From assembly GCA_039793485.1 (NCBI GenBank), contig JBAMLO010000049.1, positions 4,157-68,156 on the forward strand: a stretch of 64,000 nt of DNA, written 5' to 3'. The notes under the pieces are model-generated. The model was not told the DNA's origin, made no database searches, and worked only from the letters and a program-made list of their open reading frames with translations. Each line of letters opens with the position of its first letter. The stretch's first letter is position 1. This document shows positions 56,897-64,000 of the stretch, piece by piece. The DNA is from Nitrososphaera sp. GTDB taxonomy: Archaea; Thermoproteota; EX4484-205; JAAOZO01. The position numbers and the translations under genes were made by a program.

Positions 56897-58426
56897 TCAC
56901 GGCCACGTTACAAGCTTTATGTTTTCAGGAAGCTTCCCTAGATATTTTCTAAAATCCTTTGGCCAATCCTCTGGATTAAAGCCGTGGTTTGCGAGCAAAG
57001 AAATAACCCATCTTTCAAGTCCATTTCCAGAGCAGCCAGTCCAAACTTCTCTTTCTTTTTTCTCCTTAACGTTATACCATTGCATGTACTTGTCAAAATG
57101 CACGGAAGCATTTCCAACTTCTAGCCATTCGCTAGTTTCTCTTTTTCCCCTATACGGTAGGTAAACTTCAAAGTCAAGCGTTGCAGGTATGCTTCTTTGC
57201 ACGTCGCTTGTAACGCCCGCATGAGCCATCCAAACTGGAGTAACTTCTACAGTCCTTACTTCAAGGTCTAAAGTTTTGTCAAGGACTCTTTGGTAGGAGT
57301 CAACCAACTTGTCTCTAATCTCCACAACTTGTTCTGGGGTTCCAAGGTACGTAATCTCTATTCTGTTGAAGGCATTTAGCCTTTCTAAACCAGTTAATCC
57401 CCCCGACTCATACCTAAAGCTAAACCCCGACCTATCAAAGAGCTTTATTGGCCCTTGGTCAACGTCAACAATTTCTCCAGAGAATATTTCGTAGAAGGGC
57501 TCGCATTGAGCATATGGCAAAGCGTACGTTGGGGGCTTAAGCTTGCCTAAAAGTTCAGTTGGCAAGGTCTCGTTTGTAACTTTTACTTTGTCCATGTAGT
57601 CTTCAAAGTAGGAAACGTCTCTTGAAATCGGCTCACAAACATAGAACATTTCATTTGGTATGCCATAAAGTTGCCCTTTCTTCCTCATTACTTCTAACGT
57701 GATTAGTTTTGGGAAGTAAGCTTCTACGAAGCCATTTGGCACTGCAATTTCTTCGACTATTATCTTCTCCATGGCCCTCATTAAAGCAGCAAACGGTGGC
57801 ATGTAGTACCAAATTCCTTGGTCAAATCTTTTAACCCACCCTCTCTTTACTAGCTCTAAGTTTGGGTCAACATCGTACTTGTGGGGCTTTTGCTGACTGC
57901 TCCACTTTATTTCATGTATCTCCTTGCCAGTTGGAGCTTCCTGTTGCTTTTCTAAGAAAAGCTTAACTATCCTATCTGGAACCTGAGAGTAAATTTCCTT
58001 TTCAGTTAAGTTAAGTTTTACTCTCGCTTCGTTTTCGTTGGTCGTTACTTCCTTTGTAAATGGTAAGCTAACTTTCTTGAAGTTGCTACCTTCGAAGATT
58101 ATTTCGTAGTCTTCAACTTGAATTTCTCTTACTCCAATCCCAAGCTTCTTGCCAAGCTCTTCTCCAATTGCTTTTCTTAGCCTTGCAAAAGCATCATGGG
58201 GCCTCACGCTTCTCCCCGAAGAAATCTCCAAACTTATTTTATTATCAAAAACTTCAAAATTTTCAATCTTTGCCGCTTCTTCTTTTACTTTAGTTCCCTT
58301 TGAAAGAAGCTCTCCTGCTCTAAGCTTAATCCATTTGCTTAGTTCATCTCTTTTTTCTTCCTCGAGAGGCTTACTGAGCTTAAGGGTAGCCCTTGCCCTA
58401 AAGCTTATCCTCCTTACTTTCTCCAT
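56897..58426 (-). CDS. serS: Seryl-tRNA synthetase, methanogen (type 2)
   Basis: Type-2 N-terminal domain (SGR.VR.HDA..RL...LG...GIGVR), YAQCEPFY, RYESGG..G.ER..F.RIE, WTGCSG.GLERW. Confidence 0.9.
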   Translation of the reverse strand: MEKVRRISFRARATLKLSKPLEEEKRDELSKWIKLRAGELLSKGTKVKEEAAKIENFEVFDNKISLEISSGRSVRPHDAFARLRKAIGEELGKKLGIGVREIQVEDYEIIFEGSNFKKVSLPFTKEVTTNENEARVKLNLTEKEIYSQVPDRIVKLFLEKQQEAPTGKEIHEIKWSSQQKPHKYDVDPNLELVKRGWVKRFDQGIWYYMPPFAALMRAMEKIIVEEIAVPNGFVEAYFPKLITLEVMRKKGQLYGIPNEMFYVCEPISRDVSYFEDYMDKVKVTNETLPTELLGKLKPPTYALPYAQCEPFYEIFSGEIVDVDQGPIKLFDRSGFSFRYESGGLTGLERLNAFNRIEITYLGTPEQVVEIRDKLVDSYQRVLDKTLDLEVRTVEVTPVWMAHAGVTSDVQRSIPATLDFEVYLPYRGKRETSEWLEVGNASVHFDKYMQWYNVKEKKEREVWTGCSGNGLERWVISLLANHGFNPEDWPKDFRKYLGKLPENIKLVTWP

Positions 58427-58477
58427 TTCTCCCTACAGAATTGCTTAAATACCTTATTTAAGCCTGAGTGCGTAGAA

Positions 58478-59080
58478 TTGTCGACTAGGAAAAAAAGAGA
58501 AAGAGTTGAGCTGTGGCTTGAAGTAACGTCACCAAGCTACTTAGGAGAAAAGCCAGTTGGGAACATACTAGTTTACTCTGAACAAGAAGCAATAGGGAGA
58601 ACCTTAGAAATTCTTTACTCAGACATAACGGAAGACCCCTCGCACTCCTATACAAAAATTAAGCTAAGAGTAGTTGAAGTCTCTGGAGGCGTTGCAAAGA
58701 CTTCTTATTGGGGGCACGAGGTTTCAAGAGACTACTTAAGAAGTATACTTAGAAGAGGCTCGTCAAAAGTTGAACCAATAATAGACGCTACAACAAAAGA
58801 CGGCTACTTACTTCGCCTAAGAGTAACCTTAATTACAAGAGAAAAGATATCTTCAAACAAATCAACTTTCATCCACCACCTACTAACGGACATGATGAAG
58901 GAAAAAGTTTCTTCAATGAAGCTTCACCAACTTGTTCAGGACATGCTTTCCGGAAAAACTGAGTCTGACATCTTCAACTTAGCAAAGAAGCACGCTAGAA
59001 TTAAATACGCTGGAGTTTCAAAAGTAAAGATTCTCCAAACTCCAGAAGTGAAGAAAGAAGAGGTTGCGGCTGCTACTTAG
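58478..59080 (+). CDS. rps3ae: 30S ribosomal protein S3ae (eS1)
   Basis: W..V..P, GRT.E...DIT.D, DYLRS..RR.SSK, T.DGY. Confidence 0.9.
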   Translation: MSTRKKRERVELWLEVTSPSYLGEKPVGNILVYSEQEAIGRTLEILYSDITEDPSHSYTKIKLRVVEVSGGVAKTSYWGHEVSRDYLRSILRRGSSKVEPIIDATTKDGYLLRLRVTLITREKISSNKSTFIHHLLTDMMKEKVSSMKLHQLVQDMLSGKTESDIFNLAKKHARIKYAGVSKVKILQTPEVKKEEVAAAT

Positions 59081-60272
59081 ATGCTGAGACTATGCTTATT
59101 ACGTCAAGGTGCTTAAGCTTATAGTCATCAGGTAGCCTAATCATCTTTCTTGCATCTACAGCATAAAGAAAGTTTTTTCCTATTTCACTGTGTATCGCAA
59201 AAGCTAAGTCTCTCACAGTTGAGTCTTTGTCCATTAGATAAACGTCTGGAAGAACTCTTCCCTTGTTATCTGTAAGTTTCCTTGGGTCTGCAACTGGATA
59301 GACTGCAACCATGCCAAGAAGGTTAAAGGTGGCGTGCTCCAAAGCTTGTTGCACTCCAGTGCTACCCCATTTTTCAAGGACTTTCTCTCTTATGAAGTTA
59401 AGTGCCCTAAGCTGAGCTTCTTTTATTTTTATTCCCTCCTTCATTTTAAAGGAGCTTTCTCCTGCAACATAGTCTATGATTCCAAGCTTGTCTGCTCTCT
59501 TTAGTGCAAGTTCAGCCTCTGCAGAAACTGGAACAACAGAGTAGCCTTCTTTAGTTAATCGTTTAATGTTTTCCTCAGCCTCTGGAACGTCTACTTTGTT
59601 TGCAACGATCAAAGTTGGCTTTGTTAGCTTCATTAAAAGCTTAGAGAAAGAGAGGAAGTCCTCTTCCTTCCACAGCTTTGCTTCCTCTGGAAGCTCACTA
59701 CTAGAAATAACTTCTTTTACTACGCCTTCGCTCTTAGCTAAGTTTGAAATCGTGGAAAATATTGCTTCTGCTAAGTTCAGCTTCTGAACTTCCTGCTTCC
59801 TTGCTACTTTTTCCCAGTTCTTCTTCAAAACTTCAACCTGCCACATTATGTACTCTTCCTCAAGAAACTTTATGTCCTTTAGGACATCGTGGCTTCCAGG
59901 CTTAACCGGTCTTCCTTCCTCGTCGGTTCCCCCGGAAGCGTCTACAATATGAAGTAAGGCGTCAGCTGTACTAACTTCTGTAAGGAACTGGTTTCCAAGG
60001 CCTCTTCCTTCGTGTGCTCCTGGAACTAAGCCAGGCAAGTCAACAAGCTGCACTGGAACAAACCTGTAGCCACCTCTTACGAAAGAATTGTTTGGTTCGG
60101 GCTTTACGTTAAACTCTTCTGAAACTTCCTTTATCCTAACGTAGCCAACTCCAACGTTTGGCTCAATCGTAGTAAAGGGGTAGTTTGCTATCTTTACTGG
60201 AATCAACGTTGCAGCCGCAAAAAACGTTGATTTTCCAACGTTTGGTTTCCCCGTTACGCCTATTAATCTCAA
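59073..60272 (-). CDS. ychF: YchF/OBG-family GTPase/ATPase with TGS domain
   Basis: GKPNVGKST, YPFTTIEPN, DLPGL..GA..GRGLGN.FL, NKVD, C-terminal TGS. Confidence 0.92.
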   Translation of the reverse strand: MRLIGVTGKPNVGKSTFFAAATLIPVKIANYPFTTIEPNVGVGYVRIKEVSEEFNVKPEPNNSFVRGGYRFVPVQLVDLPGLVPGAHEGRGLGNQFLTEVSTADALLHIVDASGGTDEEGRPVKPGSHDVLKDIKFLEEEYIMWQVEVLKKNWEKVARKQEVQKLNLAEAIFSTISNLAKSEGVVKEVISSSELPEEAKLWKEEDFLSFSKLLMKLTKPTLIVANKVDVPEAEENIKRLTKEGYSVVPVSAEAELALKRADKLGIIDYVAGESSFKMKEGIKIKEAQLRALNFIREKVLEKWGSTGVQQALEHATFNLLGMVAVYPVADPRKLTDNKGRVLPDVYLMDKDSTVRDLAFAIHSEIGKNFLYAVDARKMIRLPDDYKLKHLDVISIVSASK

Positions 60273-60339
60273 CTCCTTGTACTATAGTTAAGGAAAAGAT
60301 TATTTAAGGAGTTTTGTTAGCTTGAGCGCGACGAAGTAA

Positions 60340-60750
60340 ATGAAAGTTAAGCTTTCGGAGGAGCTTAAGGCAGAACTAAAGGCGGCTCTTGAAGACTTTA
60401 ACAAAAAAGTACTCGAAAGGGTAAGAAAGTTGCCGGCAGTAGCTAAGTTAGAAAGGCCTTTTAGGGTTTCAAGGTGCAGGCGTCTTGGCTACAAACCAAA
60501 GCCTGGTTACGTTGTAGTTGTAAGTAGAGTACCAAGAGGCGGAAGAAGAAAGCCTAGGCCAAACTCTGGGCGAAGGCCAAAGCACGCTGGTTCTGTACTT
60601 TTTACTCCTGGACTAAGCAGAAAAGAAATAGCAGTCTACAGGGCAAAAAGAAAGTTTCCAAACATGAAGGTTCTAGGTGCTCATAAGCTAGTAGAAGACG
60701 GAAGACACATTTGGTATGAAATTGTAATGGTAGACAAAACCTTAGCTTAA
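60340..60750 (+). CDS. rpl15e: 50S ribosomal protein L15e, short form
   Basis: RRLGYK.K.GYVVV..RV.RGGR, GRRPK, FPN, EDG...WYEI.MVD. Confidence 0.88.
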   Translation: MKVKLSEELKAELKAALEDFNKKVLERVRKLPAVAKLERPFRVSRCRRLGYKPKPGYVVVVSRVPRGGRRKPRPNSGRRPKHAGSVLFTPGLSRKEIAVYRAKRKFPNMKVLGAHKLVEDGRHIWYEIVMVDKTLA

Positions 60751-60777
60751 ACTTTTTAACTGGGTTTTTTAAGTTAG

Positions 60778-61548
60778 TTGCAAATGAGCTTTGTTCAGGA
60801 AGAAAGGCTAAGAGTCCCAACCGGAGTTGTAAACTTCGATAAGCTTATAAGTGGAGGCCTAATAAGAGGAAAAACTTACTTAGTTGCTGGAGAAACTGGA
60901 ACTGGAAAAACAATCTTTTCCTTAAAGTTCTTGCTTACCGGAGCACAAAATGGAGAACCAGGCTTATACATTCCTTTTGATGAAACCATAGATAGCACTA
61001 TAGAAGGTGCCCTAACTTTGGGATGGGACCTAATGGACCCAATAAAGAAAGGCTTAATTGAAATTCTTGATGTTAGACCTTTCTTCGCTGAAGTTACAAG
61101 GGAAAAGTTCATGGCTGAAACTGTAAAAGAAGTTATAAATGAACTAAAAAGACACGTAGGAAGAATAAAAGCTAAGAGGCTTGTAGTTGATCCAGTGGCA
61201 CCTTTGCTTGGAGAAGTTGTAGATATCTCTTGGACTAGGGACTACATAAGAGCTCTAGTTTCTGCCATTGAAAGGTTCTTAGGAACTACCACAATAATAA
61301 CTTCTGAGATTCCAACATCTTCAAATGCCTTAAGCAGGTTTGGGGTTGAAGAGTTCCTAGCTTCAGGAATAATAAGGCTATCGATTGAGAAGATAGACTT
61401 CATGAACGTAAGAACAATAACAGTTAGAAAGATGAGATGGACAAAGGTTGACCTCATGCCATACGTTTACGAAATAAAACCGGGAGAAGGAATAGTCGTA
61501 GGTGACCCTTTACCTACATTCATGAACAAGGTAAGGAAGCTGTACTAA
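60778..61548 (+). CDS. Single-domain KaiC/RAD55-like RecA-superfamily ATPase
   Basis: TG...FD.LI.GG, GETGTGKT, RLVVD, E..GII.L, VRKMR. Confidence 0.85.
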   Translation: MQMSFVQEERLRVPTGVVNFDKLISGGLIRGKTYLVAGETGTGKTIFSLKFLLTGAQNGEPGLYIPFDETIDSTIEGALTLGWDLMDPIKKGLIEILDVRPFFAEVTREKFMAETVKEVINELKRHVGRIKAKRLVVDPVAPLLGEVVDISWTRDYIRALVSAIERFLGTTTIITSEIPTSSNALSRFGVEEFLASGIIRLSIEKIDFMNVRTITVRKMRWTKVDLMPYVYEIKPGEGIVVGDPLPTFMNKVRKLY

Positions 61549-61748
61549 CTGAATCCCAAGAAAGTCAGAAACAAAGGATATATTGCAAGGCTATAGCTTA
61601 ATTCTCTGCCTCTATCTTTTTGGAAGGTAGTAGCATTTCAGGTGCCATTAAATTTTTACGCAAGTTTCTTCTTAGTTAAGAATTAGTTTTAAAGTTTAAA
61701 ATATATTTTAACAACAGAAGCGTAGCCACTGAAATAGCTAAAAGTCTT

Positions 61749-63692
61749 TTGGCACATAGACGATTCGTCTATAAAACTTATAAGACTCTGTCGTCCAACG
61801 ATGCCAATATGGATGCAAAGAACTCTATGCCAAAGTTAACTAAACTTTTACCTAAAGCTCTTAGCAACCAGAGAACAAAAAGTTCTTACTTGAATAAGCT
61901 CTTTAGCTTTTGGTTTATATCTATATTACTTCTTATATCTTCAACTTTTTATCCCTTTAATTTTGGAGAAAAAGAAATTGTTTATGGTGCAACTTACAGT
62001 ACAGCAAGCACCAGTTCGCCTCTAATTAATGTATATGGCATAGTAGTAGATTCCAACAACAATCCAATTTGGGGTGTATCAGTTTCTATTTACGACAGCT
62101 ATGGCTCTCTTGTTACCCAAACCCAAACTTCATCAGCTGGGAACTTCATAGTAACACTAAATCCCGGCACATATAGGGTTCAGCTTGATAAAGTAGGTTA
62201 TGAGTATAAGTCGATAACGTTCAACGTTCCAAGCACTGGACCTGTGTACTTAGGAACTATTACCTTAGGCTATAGTCTCTCACTTTCTGTAGCACTAACT
62301 TACTTAAAAGTGAACTGTCTATCAGAAGTTAACATACCTATAACGATAACTGAAAAAGGTTCACGAAATGAACTAGTTAATCTTTCAGTAAACGCTCCAA
62401 AAGGATGGAGTGCTGGTGTTTACCTAGGACAAACTGAGATAGGTGGACTAAACTTAGCTCCAAATCAAGTTCAGAATCTTAATCTTAATCTACAAATCCC
62501 CTACAACGCTTCTGGTCTTTACAATGTAACGATTGTAGCGTCTGGATGGACAATACAAAATGAAACAATTTCAGTCTATGTTAATAATGTTGATCCACAA
62601 CTTTTAACCTCAACGTATTCAATTATTAAAGCTATGCCAGATTCAACAGCTAACTTCGATCTAACTATCAGCAATAAACTTTCAGAAAGGTTCTTTGGCA
62701 TAATATCTATTGAGCTTCCAAATGGGTGGATTGGAAGCATTACAAATAACGCAGATGGCAACAACTTGTATGGAATTTCTCTTGATCCTGGAAGTTTTAT
62801 TAAGGCAACAGCTACTTTACAAGTTCCTGGGAACATAGCCTCGGGTGACTATGTTGTTGCTGTAAAGCTTGAAGGCACAGATCCATACTTTATATCAAAG
62901 CTTCAACTTCATGTTGTTATAGCGCAAGGAGCTCCCGTTGTAAAGCTTCACACAGATACTCCATATCTTGACGCTTACGCTGGGCAGGCAGTTAGTTTTC
63001 CTGTAGATGTAAAAAACGTTGGAGACGCTAACGGCATCGTAAGCATAAACCTAAAGGGACTTCCTCCGGGTTATAGTTGGATGGCCAAAGATCCTAGTGG
63101 AAACGTTCTTTCTAAGCTTTACTTGAAGGCTGGAGAAGATAAAAACTTAAGGATAGTTGTAAGTATACCTCCATTAGCTGAACCCAGTGTTTTGTCCTTT
63201 GCTCTAGAAGCCAACTCAAGTAGTTCCTATGATAATATTTCTCTTAGTCTTGGTATCCTTGGAAGTTACAGCATAAATTATGTAACTCAAAGCTTTTATG
63301 TAGAATCAACTGCTGGTGCTACAACAACATTTCAAGTACAGGTTCAAAACACAGGCTACAGCTCTTTGACCAACGTAAAAATTAATTTAGCTAATATTCC
63401 AAGTAGTTTTGACGTGCAAGTTGATCCCAATCTCGTTCTCTTACTTAAGCCTCAGGACACTGCTACTTTTACTATAACGATTACTACTACCGCAGACGTA
63501 AGCGCTGGAGACTACTACATAACTTTGGGCCTTACAGCAGACCAGCTTACCGCGGACCAAACTTCAAGCTTAGTTAGAGCTCTTCACGTCTATTTAAAGC
63601 AAAGTAGTGTTGTTGTTTATGTTGGAGTGGGAATTGTTTTAGTTGTGTTGGTAGCGTTGTTTATAGTTTACAGGAGGTATGGTAGGAGGTGA
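61749..63692 (+). CDS. Surface/membrane-anchored protein with carboxypeptidase-regulatory-like and repeated NEW3/Ig-like domains (start perhaps 61809)
   Basis: Signal-like hydrophobic segment, repeated N.G..V.L...P.GW / L.PG modules, C-terminal TM followed by RRYGRR. Confidence 0.75.
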   Translation: MAHRRFVYKTYKTLSSNDANMDAKNSMPKLTKLLPKALSNQRTKSSYLNKLFSFWFISILLLISSTFYPFNFGEKEIVYGATYSTASTSSPLINVYGIVVDSNNNPIWGVSVSIYDSYGSLVTQTQTSSAGNFIVTLNPGTYRVQLDKVGYEYKSITFNVPSTGPVYLGTITLGYSLSLSVALTYLKVNCLSEVNIPITITEKGSRNELVNLSVNAPKGWSAGVYLGQTEIGGLNLAPNQVQNLNLNLQIPYNASGLYNVTIVASGWTIQNETISVYVNNVDPQLLTSTYSIIKAMPDSTANFDLTISNKLSERFFGIISIELPNGWIGSITNNADGNNLYGISLDPGSFIKATATLQVPGNIASGDYVVAVKLEGTDPYFISKLQLHVVIAQGAPVVKLHTDTPYLDAYAGQAVSFPVDVKNVGDANGIVSINLKGLPPGYSWMAKDPSGNVLSKLYLKAGEDKNLRIVVSIPPLAEPSVLSFALEANSSSSYDNISLSLGILGSYSINYVTQSFYVESTAGATTTFQVQVQNTGYSSLTNVKINLANIPSSFDVQVDPNLVLLLKPQDTATFTITITTTADVSAGDYYITLGLTADQLTADQTSSLVRALHVYLKQSSVVVYVGVGIVLVVLVALFIVYRRYGRR

Positions 63693-63697
63693 GAAAG

Positions 63698-64000
63698 ATG
63701 GAATACGCAATAGAAACAGAGAACCTAGTCAAGGTCTATGGAGACAAAAAGTCAGAGGTTAGAGCACTTGACGGAGTTAATTTAAAAGTGCCAAAAGGGA
63801 GCATTTTTGGGCTTCTTGGTCCAAATGGCTCTGGAAAGTCAACCTTGATCTCAATCTTAGTAGGATTGTTGCTACCAACTAGCGGAAGTGCTAAGGTTCT
63901 AGGCTTTGACGTAATAAGGCAATCTGTAGAAATTAGGAAGAGGGTTGGCCTTCTTCCAGAAGGCTTTGGACTCTACGAGTACATGACCGCACTTGAAAAC
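63698..64000 (+). CDS. ABC transporter ATP-binding subunit, 3'-truncated by window edge
   Basis: Translated by hand: MEYAIETENLVKVYG..ALDGVNL..GLLGPNGSGKST; not in the ORF track. Confidence 0.9.
   Translation, partial: MEYAIETENLVKVYGDKKSEVRALDGVNLKVPKGSIFGLLGPNGSGKSTLISILVGLLLPTSGSAKVLGFDVIRQSVEIRKRVGLLPEGFGLYEYMTALEN

Noticed and set aside
842-62836. Numerous 60-180-aa antisense ORFs rich in Ser/Phe/Leu in the ORF track
   Set aside because: Shadow frames of well-supported genes on the opposite strand
63532-63562. Short tandem duplication encoding TADQL-TADQT
   Set aside because: A single imperfect 15-bp in-frame repeat within a surface protein; not an array
1-64000. CRISPR arrays, tRNA or rRNA genes
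   Set aside because: No regularly spaced repeats or GC-rich cloverleaf/rRNA-like segments seen in the intergenic regions by eye; tRNAscan-SE and Infernal would be needed to exclude them fully

Overview
Archaeal chromosomal window, AT-rich and densely coding. A TACK-like lineage is suggested by the gene content (inference). It is mostly housekeeping: tRNA maturation (Trm11, RNase Z, ThpR, CCA), thio-nucleoside salvage, NAD synthesis (nadA/C/B), TldD/E, replication (Cdc6-like, RFC, GINS, MCM, Hel308), pyrF/pyrE, RNase HII, fibrillarin/Nop5, Rpo7/Spt4, KEOPS, RdgB and ribosomal proteins. The standout is a 2.8-kb three-gene cassette (48867-51804) with no recognisable integrase. It is bounded by a perfect 135-bp direct repeat of the rdgB 3' end and encodes a Cys-rich TGT-fold protein apparently lacking the canonical catalytic Asp residues, a free-standing double-motif LAGLIDADG endonuclease and an orphan ORF. 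It lies at one end of an apparently inverted rps24e-rdgB block. Also notable are two diverged copies of a ~220-245-bp ORF-less IS200/IS605-like element (32778-33021, 43695-43909), a bacterial-type AnmK plus tandem GNAT pair (possible peptidoglycan scavenging), a methanogen-type SerRS, a short face-to-face-type histone and a divergent Ino1. I saw no rRNA, tRNA or CRISPR array. All product calls come from motif recognition by eye; no searches were run.
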